DNA of 64,000 nt, from the IMG/VR virus record IMGVR_UViG_3300009108_000480. One strand, written 5' to 3'. The notes beneath the pieces were generated by a model. It did not search any database. It was not told where the DNA came from and saw only the letters and a list, made by a program, of their open reading frames with translations. This DNA comes from a virus. Its lineage: Duplodnaviria; Caudoviricetes. Below are positions 48,794 to 59,045 of this stretch, piece by piece; the first letter of the stretch is position 1; the number at the start of each line of letters is the position of its first letter. Both the position numbers and the translations under genes were made by a program.

Positions 48794-50235
48794 GGAGTTG
48801 TTGCATCTGCACTAGGATCATAACCAGTATTTCCGCCACCATCTATTATAATAGACCATTTACCAGCAGTATAAATTCCTTCATATGATTTTACCCATTC
48901 CGTACCATTAAAACGATATTGAATTCCGGTGTTTACATTAGTAACATAATGTTGCGTTGAATCTGGATTTGATGAATCAAAAACTTTTAACCATTTGCTT
49001 TGAGAAGTATTATATTCAATAATATCACCTACTGAAGCAATTAATGTTCCCCAAGTTGAACTTTGTACTGTTGCAGTAGAGTCACCTATCTCATCTATAA
49101 TTAAATATCTATCACCGTTTGCTGGAGTGGGTGGAGCAAATGTTGTAGGATTAATAATTTTTAAAACCGACGTTAATGTATTTGCAGGAATTGTATCAGT
49201 ATCAATATTAAACAATAATATTGTATCGTCTAGTGTTGTAGTTGCAATAGTACCAATTATTTCACTTCCTGTAGGTAGTGTTAATCTTATTTGAGATAAA
49301 CCATTTGTAACCGTACCATATTGATCTAACAAAACTTTCCAGTTAACAGCAGGACCAAAAGTTTCAAATGGATCAAAATTTGTTGGGGCATTAGCACCTG
49401 AATAGTATCCATCTCCGCCCGATGTTACACTCGTACCTGTACTTCCTAACAATCTTAATTGATTTCCAGTAACTAATAATCCATAATTGTTTGGTGTTAT
49501 ATAACTTTTTGAAATCATAGAACCATCGATTAATCCTTTTACAATTCCGCCATCATCGTCATAAACGCTCATAATAATTTTTTGTATTACACCTAATTTT
49601 GATACTTTAACAGGTGGAGATAACCATATAGGAATAGAAAATTGTAATGTTGCAATATCAATTTCAGTATCTGCGCCAATTGGAATTGTTCTTGAACTAA
49701 ACGTTGTGCTTGTTAATTCAACATAACTTAAACTAGTCCAATCTATATAATTGTCTGTTTTTTGTATTTCAAAATCTGGATTAAAAAGATATAATATTTG
49801 TTCCATTATTTGTAATTTTTGATCTGTATTAGTTGTCCAAATATCTGCTGACACCTCTAATCTAAAAGGAGATGGCATTACTTTTTCAACTGTATAACCA
49901 GCACCTAATTGGTTATCATATTGTTTTGTAACTTCGTTATAATTTCGTTCTTTTAAATGTTGCTTTTGAATATGATAAGGATTTTGCATTCTATCTCTTT
50001 CATAATTTAATTCTCTTACATAACAAGCAATTCTTGGTGCATATTGTAATGCGTTTTCAGAATTATTTCTAATAATATTTGCAACTTGTCTAGTTGGATC
50101 TCCATATACAACCGGTACCGCTCTTAAAGTAACTGTATCATCTTTAGCTCTTCCTGTTTCCACCGAAAAATTACTCAAAATACGAATAAATTGAGTTATA
50201 AATTTTCTTATTTGTCCGTCGTAAAAATGTAACAT
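48790..50235 (-). CDS. gp15: Tail terminator/sheath stabiliser, gp15-like, with C-terminal extension
   Basis: HFYDGQIRKFITQF, VPVVYG, QIMEQILYLFNP motifs; adjacent to neck genes. Confidence 0.7.
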   Translation of the reverse strand: MLHFYDGQIRKFITQFIRILSNFSVETGRAKDDTVTLRAVPVVYGDPTRQVANIIRNNSENALQYAPRIACYVRELNYERDRMQNPYHIQKQHLKERNYNEVTKQYDNQLGAGYTVEKVMPSPFRLEVSADIWTTNTDQKLQIMEQILYLFNPDFEIQKTDNYIDWTSLSYVELTSTTFSSRTIPIGADTEIDIATLQFSIPIWLSPPVKVSKLGVIQKIIMSVYDDDGGIVKGLIDGSMISKSYITPNNYGLLVTGNQLRLLGSTGTSVTSGGDGYYSGANAPTNFDPFETFGPAVNWKVLLDQYGTVTNGLSQIRLTLPTGSEIIGTIATTTLDDTILLFNIDTDTIPANTLTSVLKIINPTTFAPPTPANGDRYLIIDEIGDSTATVQSSTWGTLIASVGDIIEYNTSQSKWLKVFDSSNPDSTQHYVTNVNTGIQYRFNGTEWVKSYEGIYTAGKWSIIIDGGGNTGYDPSADATTP

Positions 50236-51395
50236 TAATTGTCAGCCTTTGGTTTTAATGCATCTGTTAATGATTGCCGCTGTTCTACTGTTAATCCATT
50301 TATTGTAGTTGAGCTTGACTGATTAACAAATTTAGTTTTCCAATTAGCTCTAGTATCTGTATTTGTTGTAGTTAACCTAACTGAATCTTCAATCTTAACC
50401 CATCTGATTCCGTCAAAACGAAATAATCTATTTGGTAAAAAGTCTGTTCTTAAAAAATAATCACCATCGGCATAATTGTCTGGAAATGCTGTTCCAAATC
50501 CTGCTGGATGTCCGTTTGGTGCAACACCATCACCTCCCACATAAAAACCATAATGTGAACCTGCAGGTGTATCTACTACTGCATTTATTGGTTTATCTGA
50601 GATTCTTTCTGTTGAATTTACATTATCGGTTCTAACATTTCCTCGTTCATCAATTGGTGTAACATAATATTGTTTAAAATTAAATCCTGATTTAGGTGAA
50701 TCTGCTTCTGCTTGTGCAACTATTTGATCACTAATTTCTTTTTCTTTATTATATGTACTCATGTAACTTGCAAGAGAACCTGTATTAGTTGCATCACCAA
50801 TTATATCTCTAAATTCTTGTGAATCTACTAACGTTTTCATTTTTAATCTTAATAAATGTGGCCACCAAGTTTGTGAAAATCCTTCTGCCGCTCTGTTTAC
50901 ATCTTCTATTACATAATATCTTTTTAATGCAATTGGAATAGATGCATCTAACGAAAAATCTTCTTTCATGTGTGGAAATTCAATAACATCACCTGACATT
51001 GGTTTTCTACCTATTCTTTCAACAACATCATTCATATGCACAGTTAAAAATATAGTATCATTTTGTAAAAACATACCAAATTGTGAAAGATTAAAATCTA
51101 TATCTTGCACATTATAAATTCCACGAAACGTATAGATATCTGATGAGTATTTTCTATCTCTATTTTCTAAAAATAATAAGTCTTGTATAGTAGTTTCGTT
51201 AATATTGCTCTGAGCACGTTGTGGTTGGGATGGTGATGGTGCACCATCTTTAGTCTCATCACTTTGATCATATGGTCCTAAATATTTGTGGAAATGTAAA
51301 TCAGTGCCTCCAACCGTAAACATCTCTTTAATAGTACGATCAAAGAATTTATAATCATTTCCTTTTTCTGGTTTATATAGTGACAATCTTGGCAT
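50235..51395 (-). CDS. gp14: Neck protein, gp14-like
   Basis: LSQFGMF.NDT.F.T, P.SGDVIEFPH patterns; divergent from the gp13-like gene. Confidence 0.65.
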   Translation of the reverse strand: MPRLSLYKPEKGNDYKFFDRTIKEMFTVGGTDLHFHKYLGPYDQSDETKDGAPSPSQPQRAQSNINETTIQDLLFLENRDRKYSSDIYTFRGIYNVQDIDFNLSQFGMFLQNDTIFLTVHMNDVVERIGRKPMSGDVIEFPHMKEDFSLDASIPIALKRYYVIEDVNRAAEGFSQTWWPHLLRLKMKTLVDSQEFRDIIGDATNTGSLASYMSTYNKEKEISDQIVAQAEADSPKSGFNFKQYYVTPIDERGNVRTDNVNSTERISDKPINAVVDTPAGSHYGFYVGGDGVAPNGHPAGFGTAFPDNYADGDYFLRTDFLPNRLFRFDGIRWVKIEDSVRLTTTNTDTRANWKTKFVNQSSSTTINGLTVEQRQSLTDALKPKADN

Positions 51396-51402
51396 ATACC
51401 TA

Positions 51403-51432
51403 TATTTATAGATAGTAAAAGAACTATAAATA
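51403..51432. promoter_or_regulatory. Back-to-back late promoters for the neck genes
   Basis: TATAAATA on - (51403-51410) and on + (51425-51432). Confidence 0.8.
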
Positions 51433-52199
51433 TGAGTATGTCAGAACTACAAACAGGTCAACAAGAAGTATTTGAGTACGTTAAAGCAAATCTCGGCGAG
51501 GGAATGATTGACGTTGAATTAGACCCTAAACACTACCAAATAGCACTCGAAAGAGCAATTAATAGATATAGACAGCGTTCTTCAAACGCAGTTGAGGAAT
51601 CTTATGCTTTTTTAGTACTTAAAGAAAATCAAAATACTTACATTTTACCTGACGAAGTAATTAATGTTAGAAAATTATTTCGTAGAACGGTTGGCTCTCG
51701 TACAGAAGGTGGCGAAGGTGGAACACTTTTTGAACCGTTTAATCTTGCATATACTAACACATACTTGTTAAGAGCGGGAGCAACTGGAGGTCTTGCAACT
51801 TACTATGCTTTTGCATCTTATCAAGAATTAATTGGAAAACTATTTGGAAGTTTTATTCAATTTCATTTTGACGTAGCAACTAAAAAACTTACAATTACAC
51901 AAAGACCACGTGCAGATAACGAAAGTGTTTTAATGCATACTGACAACTTTAGACCGGATATAACACTCTTTAAAGACATCTATTCAAAACCATGGATTAG
52001 AGATTACACACTAGCAATATGCAAAGTAATGTTAGGTGAAGCAAGAGGTAAATTTAATACTATTGCTGGTCCACAAGGTGGTACATCACTTAATGGTGCT
52101 GATCTAAAACAAGGCGGATTAGCTGATATGGAAAAACTTGACCAAGAAATTAACAATTTCGCAGAAGGTGGCACACCACATAGTTTTGTTATAGGTTAA
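51432..52199 (+). CDS. gp13: Neck protein, gp13-like (true start probably ATG 51438)
   Basis: LGEGMIDVELD, W..DYTLA..K..LGEARGKF..IAGPQGG.SLNG motifs. Confidence 0.85.
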   Translation: MSMSELQTGQQEVFEYVKANLGEGMIDVELDPKHYQIALERAINRYRQRSSNAVEESYAFLVLKENQNTYILPDEVINVRKLFRRTVGSRTEGGEGGTLFEPFNLAYTNTYLLRAGATGGLATYYAFASYQELIGKLFGSFIQFHFDVATKKLTITQRPRADNESVLMHTDNFRPDITLFKDIYSKPWIRDYTLAICKVMLGEARGKFNTIAGPQGGTSLNGADLKQGGLADMEKLDQEINNFAEGGTPHSFVIG

Positions 52200-52231
52200 T
52201 TCATTATCAATTCATTTTAAATACCGATACT

Positions 52232-52432
52232 ATGCCGAAGATAAAAGTAGAAGTTACACCCGATAAACGTTATCGAAGTTATAAAGATTTATCTTATACC
52301 GAACTAAAAGAGTTGGTAAAAAGTTTAGAGTCTGACTCCAAACGAGCCAAACAAAATCCAACATTACGAAACCAAATTCTTGGTGCTGTTATTGAAGCAA
52401 AAACAGAGATTGCAAAACGTATTATAAAATAG
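52232..52432 (+). CDS. Small basic hypothetical protein (66 aa)
   Basis: Own TAAATA at 52218-52223. Confidence 0.6.
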   Translation: MPKIKVEVTPDKRYRSYKDLSYTELKELVKSLESDSKRAKQNPTLRNQILGAVIEAKTEIAKRIIK

Positions 52433-52438
52433 TATAAT
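52410..52438 (+). promoter_or_regulatory. Sigma70 promoter for the dNMP kinase gene
   Basis: TTGCAA-17 nt-TATAAT; 6 nt from the ATG at 52445. Confidence 0.7.
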
Positions 52439-52444
52439 CATTTA

Positions 52445-53041
52445 ATGTTAATAGGATTAGTAGGACCAATTAATTCTGGCAAGGATACCGTTGCAGATAG
52501 ATTAGTGATAAAACATGGTTATAAAAGAGATAGTTTTGCAAAAAGTTTAAAAGATGCAGTTAGCTCAATGTTTAATTGGGACAGAGAAATGTTAGAAGGT
52601 AATACTGAATCTAGTAGACATTGGCGAGAACAACCTGATAAATTTTGGAGTGAAAAAATGGGTAAAGAAGTTACACCAAGAATAATATTACAGCAATTTG
52701 GTACTGAAATTATGCGTGGTCAAATGTATGATGGGATATGGGTTGATTCTGTTATTGGAAGATACAAAGGTGAAAAAACTGTTATTTCTGATACACGATT
52801 TCAAAACGAAATTAAAACTATTAAAGCACATGGTGGTGTAATTGTTCTTGTAAAAAGAGAAGAAATACCTACTAGAGAAGAAATGCAAAAACAAGGCGCA
52901 CACCAATCTGAATGGGATTGGATTGGGTCTGATTTTGATTATATTATTGATAATACAAGTAGTTTAGAAGGATTAAATGCTCATATAGATCATTTTATTG
53001 ATCAGCTACAAGGTCACCCATCTTCCAACGTAACTTCCTAA
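52445..53041 (+). CDS. gp1: Deoxynucleoside monophosphate kinase (T4 gp1-like)
   Basis: P-loop G..NSGKDTVA, FAKSLKDAV, PRIILQQFGTE, ISDTRFQNE. Confidence 0.9.
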   Translation: MLIGLVGPINSGKDTVADRLVIKHGYKRDSFAKSLKDAVSSMFNWDREMLEGNTESSRHWREQPDKFWSEKMGKEVTPRIILQQFGTEIMRGQMYDGIWVDSVIGRYKGEKTVISDTRFQNEIKTIKAHGGVIVLVKREEIPTREEMQKQGAHQSEWDWIGSDFDYIIDNTSSLEGLNAHIDHFIDQLQGHPSSNVTS

Positions 53042-53396
53042 CACTAGCTAATCGTTGACAGTTAGCACATACCGTTTTTAAATTGTGAAAAGCACAGTTA
53101 TTTTTATTACCATCTACAAAAAACACATCTAGTTGTAAAGGTTCTTGTGCTTTAAATCCACATAATTCACAGTTACTTCTCTTTCTATAACCTGAACGTT
53201 GTAATGGCGTTACACCACCTATACGAAGCTTTTTCTTTTTTCGAATACAAGTATCACATAAACTACGCCAATAAACTTTTTTTCCTCGTCTATAACCCAT
53301 AGCTCTAACTTTTACTTTACACTGTTTACATAACGGCCTGGTGCCTATAAATGGTTTAATAGATCTTAACATTTGGTACCTATATATAATATACAA
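52995..53396 (-). CDS. Zinc-finger HNH-like protein with altered catalytic motif (start probably ATG 53372)
   Basis: CKQC, CDTC, CELC, VDGNKNN...NL.TVCANC; F and Q where HNH families usually have His. Confidence 0.65.
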   Translation of the reverse strand: MYIIYRYQMLRSIKPFIGTRPLCKQCKVKVRAMGYRRGKKVYWRSLCDTCIRKKKKLRIGGVTPLQRSGYRKRSNCELCGFKAQEPLQLDVFFVDGNKNNCAFHNLKTVCANCQRLASVRKLRWKMGDLVADQ

Positions 53397-53427
53397 TTGT
53401 ATTTACGTAACCTATATAGGTACCAAA
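53372..53427. repeat. 15-bp perfect inverted repeat with 26-nt spacer
   Basis: TTTGGTACCTATATA (53372-53386) / TATATAGGTACCAAA (53413-53427). Confidence 0.85.
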
Positions 53428-53508
53428 ATTAGTAAAATAAAGTCATATTTTACGTAAGATGTAATAAATAGTTCTAGTAATACACGACTTGCAAGGAGAA
53501 TTGATAAT

Positions 53509-56500
53509 ATGGCATTAACATCACCAGGAGTAGAAGTTTCAGTAATAAATGAAAGTTTCTATGTACCATCAGATGCGGGTACAACACCACTTTTTATAGT
53601 AGCATCAGGACAAGATAAAGCACCAGGATCAGGATCAGGCACGGCGGATGGAACAACAACTGCCAATGCCAACACTGCTTATCTAATTTCATCTCAAAGA
53701 GAATTAACAGAAACCTTTGGCGATCCAAAATTTTATACAGACTCTTCATCTAATCCATTACATGGATATGAATTAAATGAATGGGGACTACAAGCGGCAT
53801 ATTCTTTCTTAGGACTTGCCAACAGAGCATACGTATTACGAGCAAATGTAAACTTAACAGATTTAATCGGAAGTGCAACATCACCAACTGCAAACCCATC
53901 AGATGGAACATATTGGTTTGACCTTGCAACTTCTAGTTTTGGACTATTTGAATGGTCACAAACAAATCAAAAATTTACAGCAAAAACACCAATTTTAATT
54001 ACATCAGTATCTGACCTAGTTGAAAACTCTAGCACAGGTGCACCTAAAACTTCAGTAGGTTCACAAGGTGATTATGCTATAAACACAACACACGTTTCAA
54101 ACAAAATTTATTATAAAAATGCCTCAAATACTTGGGTTCATCTAGGATCAAATGCATGGCATAATTCACATCCAGTAGTTTCAGTTGCATCAGGAACAAC
54201 TGTTACAGGTGGACAAACAATGTCAATTAACGGTATTACTGTAACACCTGGTGGAACAGCATTATCCGATGTTGCAACAGCTATCAACACTGCTAATGCA
54301 GGTGGAGTTACTGCAAGTGTAAACGGCACAACAGGTAACTTAGAAATATTCCACAATGGTGGAGCATTTGGTGATTCAACTGCAGGTTTCAATACAATTA
54401 GATTTGAAGAAGGAAATGGAGTATTAGCGGCTTTAGGAATTACAGCGGCAACATACAAAGGTCCAAGATTCCAACAATCAGCACACACTAGCAGACCAAC
54501 TTGGAAAACCGCAGATCAAAACAGACCTAATGGTTCTGTTTGGGCTAAAACAACATCAGCAAATAGTGGAGCAAACATGATTGCTAAACTTTACAGCACA
54601 TCAAGTGGGGCTTTTGCAAGTGTAAGTGCACCATTATACGCAAACAATCATTCAGCAATTTACAATATAGATCCAACAAACGGTGGAACAACTATTGCAG
54701 TTGGATCACTTTATACACAGTACAACATAACTGAACAAAGTGTAGATGGACAAGCAGATAATACACCAAATGTAGGTGATTCACAATTATTTAGATATGA
54801 AGGTGGAACAACTAGTATTCAATCTAGAAATACTAATCCAAGTACCACAGCAGGTGAAACATTTACAGTTAGAGAATCATTAAAAAACCAAGAAGCATTA
54901 GATACTGCTAAAACAGTTACTATGGTTTCTGGAGATGGTTCAACACTAGGTGATGCAGATGACTTTATAACAGCATTTGCGGCGGCTGGTTTTACAAACT
55001 TAACAGCAACAAAAATTACAGAAGGTGAATACACGGGTGCAATTAAAATTACACACGCATTAGGTGGTGATTTTAGAATGAATAACACATCAGGTACTCC
55101 ATTAGATGATGTTGGTTTTGGTACAGGTTCAGCACACGCATACGGAACTTATACTGCAAACAGTACAACTTTAATTGATAACTTATATGTTACACCAACG
55201 GGTGATTCAGAAGATTCAACTGTAGGTAATGAAGTAATGGCTTCTAATTGGAAGAGATTATCTTACACAGCATCTATAAATTCACCAAGTAATGAACCAA
55301 CAGATGGTACATTATGGTATGACACAAACATTGATTCAGCAGATATCATGACACATAACGGAACGACTTGGAAAGGATATGCAACTGTATATACATTAAC
55401 TGATCCAAATGGTCCTCAATTTTCAGCAACAGCACCAACTACACAATCAGATGGTACTGGTCTTGTTGATAATGACTTATGGATTGATACAAGCGATTTA
55501 GAAAATTATCCAAAACTTTACAAATATAACACTTCAGCAACATTAAGTTCAACTAATACATCTAATAATGTAGCAGTTACAACAACTGGTGCGGCGTGGG
55601 TACTAGTAGACAAAGCAGATCAAACAACAGAAGATGGTATTGTTTTTGCAGATGCTAGATGGCAAACAAGTACAGAAAAAAATGCAAATAATAGTACACA
55701 GGCGGGAACAGCATCTTCAATTAAAAATTTATTAAGTGATAATTTCTTAGATCCAGATGCTCCAAATCCAGCTTTATATCCACAAGGTATAATGTTATGG
55801 AATACAAGACGTTCTGGTTACAATGTTAAGGAATACAAAAACAGCTATATAACAACTACAAAATATCCAAGTTCAGGATCAAATGGATTAGGTAACATTA
55901 GATACAACAACGAATCAGTTGCAGGTTACTTTCCTGATAGATGGATTACAAAATCAACTAACAAACCTGATGGCTCTGGATGTTTTGGAAGAAAAGCACA
56001 AAGACAAGTTGTTATAAAACAATTAAAATCTGAAATAGATACTAACCAAGCAATAAGAGAAGATCAAAGAGGATTTAACGTAATTGCTTGTCCTGGTTAT
56101 CCAGAAGCGATACAAAATATGATCAACTTAAACATTGATCGAAACTATACAGCATTTGTAATTGGTGATTCTCCAATGAGATTAGAAGGTACAGCAACAG
56201 CAATTCAAGATTGGGCAAATAATACTGCAGGAGCTACTGATAACGGTGAAGACGGATTAATAAGTGCAAGTGATTACTTGGGTGTATTTTATCCATCAGG
56301 ATATAGTACAGACAATTCAGGTAACAAAATTGTTGTCCCATCATCACATATGATGATTAGAACATTAGCGAACAACGATAATCTTTCATATCCATGGTTT
56401 GCACCAGCAGGTACAAGACGTGGTGTAGTAGACAATGCAACAGCAGTTGGATATATTGACACAAGTTCAGGTGAATTTAAAACAATATCTGTTACAGAGT

Positions 56501-56934
56501 CAATAAGAGATTCGATGCATACAGTCAAAGTTAATCCAATTACTTTCTTCTCAGGAGCAGGAATTGTTAACTTTGGTAACTTAACAAAAACATCAGCAAG
56601 TTCGGCATTAGATAGAATCAATGTTTCTAGATTAGCAGTGTATCTAAGAAGTCAATTAGACGCAATTGCTAAACCATTTATTTTTGAACCAAATGATGAA
56701 TTAACTAGAAACGAAATTAAAGGTGCAATCGAATCATTCTGTTTAGAACTAGTTGGACAAAGAGCATTATATGACTTCTTAGTAGTTTGTGATGAAACAA
56801 ATAACACAGCAACAAGAATAGACAGAAACGAATTGTATGTTGATATAGCAATTGAACCAGTTAAATCAGTTGAATTTATTTACATACCTTTAAGAATCAA
56901 AAACACAGGAGAAATAGCAAAATTAGGGAACTAA
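53509..56934 (+). CDS. gp18: Tail sheath protein, gp18-like, enlarged (1141 aa)
   Basis: SPGVEVSVINES start; PWFAPAGTRRG, ALDRINVSRL, FEPNDE.TR, CDETNNT, DIAIEPVKSVEFIYI; TAAATA at 53465-53470; SD AGGAG. Confidence 0.95.
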   Translation: MALTSPGVEVSVINESFYVPSDAGTTPLFIVASGQDKAPGSGSGTADGTTTANANTAYLISSQRELTETFGDPKFYTDSSSNPLHGYELNEWGLQAAYSFLGLANRAYVLRANVNLTDLIGSATSPTANPSDGTYWFDLATSSFGLFEWSQTNQKFTAKTPILITSVSDLVENSSTGAPKTSVGSQGDYAINTTHVSNKIYYKNASNTWVHLGSNAWHNSHPVVSVASGTTVTGGQTMSINGITVTPGGTALSDVATAINTANAGGVTASVNGTTGNLEIFHNGGAFGDSTAGFNTIRFEEGNGVLAALGITAATYKGPRFQQSAHTSRPTWKTADQNRPNGSVWAKTTSANSGANMIAKLYSTSSGAFASVSAPLYANNHSAIYNIDPTNGGTTIAVGSLYTQYNITEQSVDGQADNTPNVGDSQLFRYEGGTTSIQSRNTNPSTTAGETFTVRESLKNQEALDTAKTVTMVSGDGSTLGDADDFITAFAAAGFTNLTATKITEGEYTGAIKITHALGGDFRMNNTSGTPLDDVGFGTGSAHAYGTYTANSTTLIDNLYVTPTGDSEDSTVGNEVMASNWKRLSYTASINSPSNEPTDGTLWYDTNIDSADIMTHNGTTWKGYATVYTLTDPNGPQFSATAPTTQSDGTGLVDNDLWIDTSDLENYPKLYKYNTSATLSSTNTSNNVAVTTTGAAWVLVDKADQTTEDGIVFADARWQTSTEKNANNSTQAGTASSIKNLLSDNFLDPDAPNPALYPQGIMLWNTRRSGYNVKEYKNSYITTTKYPSSGSNGLGNIRYNNESVAGYFPDRWITKSTNKPDGSGCFGRKAQRQVVIKQLKSEIDTNQAIREDQRGFNVIACPGYPEAIQNMINLNIDRNYTAFVIGDSPMRLEGTATAIQDWANNTAGATDNGEDGLISASDYLGVFYPSGYSTDNSGNKIVVPSSHMMIRTLANNDNLSYPWFAPAGTRRGVVDNATAVGYIDTSSGEFKTISVTESIRDSMHTVKVNPITFFSGAGIVNFGNLTKTSASSALDRINVSRLAVYLRSQLDAIAKPFIFEPNDELTRNEIKGAIESFCLELVGQRALYDFLVVCDETNNTATRIDRNELYVDIAIEPVKSVEFIYIPLRIKNTGEIAKLGN

Positions 56935-56964
56935 TTTTTGGATAAATATTAGGAGATAAAAATT

Positions 56965-57591
56965 ATGGCAATATCAACACTTTCAAAATTTACAGTACCT
57001 TTAGCAAACGATCAAAGTTCAGCATCACAAGGCTTATTGATGCCAAAACTACAATATCGTTTTAGATGTATCCTAGAAAATTTTGGAGTATCAACACCAA
57101 GATCAGAAATTACAAAACAAGTAATGGATGTTACAAGACCAAACTTAACTTTTGATAACGTAACATTAGATGTTTACAACTCAAGAGTTTATATGGCAGG
57201 TAAACACGTTTGGGATCCAATTACAATTACAATAAGAGATGACGTTAATAATTCAGTTACTAAACTTGTTGGCGAACAAATTCAAAAACAATTTGATTTC
57301 TTTGAACAATCAAGTGCGGCATCTGGTATTGATTACAAATTTACAACTAGAATTGAAATGCTTGACGGTGGAGGTGGATCATCTACACCAAACGTATTAG
57401 AAACATTTGAATTATATGGTGCGTATGTTGAAAACGTAAACTATAATACACTAGCATATGCAACTTCTGATCCAGCAACAATTACAATGTCTATAAGATA
57501 CGACAACTGTATACAAACACCACAAGGTACAGGAATTGGTACAGCAGTATCAAGAACAATCGGTACACTAGCAACAGGTGGTGGACAATAA
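56965..57591 (+). CDS. gp19: Tail tube protein, gp19-like
   Basis: Directly after the sheath gene; YMAGKHVWDPITITIRDD pattern; TAAATA and SD AGGAG. Confidence 0.85.
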   Translation: MAISTLSKFTVPLANDQSSASQGLLMPKLQYRFRCILENFGVSTPRSEITKQVMDVTRPNLTFDNVTLDVYNSRVYMAGKHVWDPITITIRDDVNNSVTKLVGEQIQKQFDFFEQSSAASGIDYKFTTRIEMLDGGGGSSTPNVLETFELYGAYVENVNYNTLAYATSDPATITMSIRYDNCIQTPQGTGIGTAVSRTIGTLATGGGQ

Positions 57592-57616
57592 AATTTAACT
57601 TGCAATTATAATGAAA

Positions 57617-57642
57617 GAAGCGCCTTTAACGGCGCTTTTTTT
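57617..57642 (+). terminator. Intrinsic terminator after the tube gene
   Basis: AAGCGCC-TTTAAC-GGCGCTT plus T-run. Confidence 0.8.
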
Positions 57643-57662
57643 ATGGCTATAAATACAAGGGT

Positions 57663-59045
57663 ATGCCAAGTATTAATAGTTTTCTTAAAGGATTTCAAGA
57701 CGGCCTTCCAGGAATGAAGGATTTCCGTCATGCTTCACGATTATATATTGACGATCATTTTAAACTTGCACCAAAACAAAAATTTCTCTTTCATGTAGTA
57801 TTAACACTTAATGACGTTGTAACTCAAAGAAAATTTACTCCTAATGAATTAATAGAATTGAATATGCTAGTAAAAAGCTGTGAACTTCCTCGTTACAATA
57901 TGAACATAGAGGAAAAAACTCAATATAATAAAAAAATGTATACAGCAACACGTATCGCATATGATCCTATAAACATTACATTTCATGATGATCATGCTGA
58001 TACTGTAAATGCTTTTTGGAAAAAATATTATGAATATAATGTTGCAGATTCAGTACATCTTAATGAAGAACTTGCAGAAAAATATGCTAAAGATGATTAT
58101 TATACAACAAATAGAAAAACTACAAAGTGGGGTTTAGATACTCCTAAACAAAGTAAACTTCCATTTATAAAAAATATTGAAATTTTTGTATTACACAAAC
58201 AAAGATTTACATCATTTAGATTGATTAATCCTGTTATTGGTTCATTTAATCATGACAATTTAGACCAAGCAGATGGAACTGGTATTATGCAAAATACAAT
58301 GCAAGTTTTATATGAAACTGTAAGATACAAAGCAGGAGTGGTTGGAAAATCGGCAATAACAGGATGGGCTACATTACACTATGATAATGAGCCTTCACCT
58401 TTAAGTGTATTAGGTAAAGGTACAAATTCTCTTTTTGGTCCTGGGGGTGTTGTGGATGGCATTGGTTCTGTAATAGGTATGGCTAGAGAAGGAAATATTT
58501 TAGGTGCAATTATTGGTGCGTCAAACACATATAATAATGCTAAAAAAATGAAAAAATCAGCGGTCAAAGAAGAATTAAAAGGAATTGTTAAAGAAGGTGT
58601 TTTAGAAGTTGGCAAACAAGCAGGTACAATTACAAATCCTGTTGGTTCTTTTGCAGTTGGCGCCGTGGCGGCAACAGCACTAACTCTTGCAACTGCAAAA
58701 GGTACAGTCGATAATAAAAATCGACAAAATACAACAGTAATATCGGCTCCACAATTAGATACTGTAAATTTTCTTACACCAGATGAATCTTATACTCTTA
58801 TAACAACAAACACAACCGTAAGAGATGCAATCGCGGCAGGTATATATTATAAAGACATTGGTTCTCGAAAAGGTTTAACAGTAGCAGAAAGTGACATAGA
58901 ATATTCAGGCTCTCTTGATACAACAAAAACAGTATATAGAGCTAAAGCAAATACAGATATTCGTAAACTTGTAACAGAAGGATATATAAAAATTAATAGA
59001 GATACACAAAACGTATCTATTATAACTGAAAAGGCAAACTTATAA
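57663..59045 (+). CDS. Second tube-fold protein (tube initiator-like) with C-terminal extension
   Basis: P.QKFLFHV, LVKSCELP.Y, YDPINITFHDD, NTMQVLYE; TATAAATA at 57648-57655. Confidence 0.6.
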   Translation: MPSINSFLKGFQDGLPGMKDFRHASRLYIDDHFKLAPKQKFLFHVVLTLNDVVTQRKFTPNELIELNMLVKSCELPRYNMNIEEKTQYNKKMYTATRIAYDPINITFHDDHADTVNAFWKKYYEYNVADSVHLNEELAEKYAKDDYYTTNRKTTKWGLDTPKQSKLPFIKNIEIFVLHKQRFTSFRLINPVIGSFNHDNLDQADGTGIMQNTMQVLYETVRYKAGVVGKSAITGWATLHYDNEPSPLSVLGKGTNSLFGPGGVVDGIGSVIGMAREGNILGAIIGASNTYNNAKKMKKSAVKEELKGIVKEGVLEVGKQAGTITNPVGSFAVGAVAATALTLATAKGTVDNKNRQNTTVISAPQLDTVNFLTPDESYTLITTNTTVRDAIAAGIYYKDIGSRKGLTVAESDIEYSGSLDTTKTVYRAKANTDIRKLVTEGYIKINRDTQNVSIITEKANL

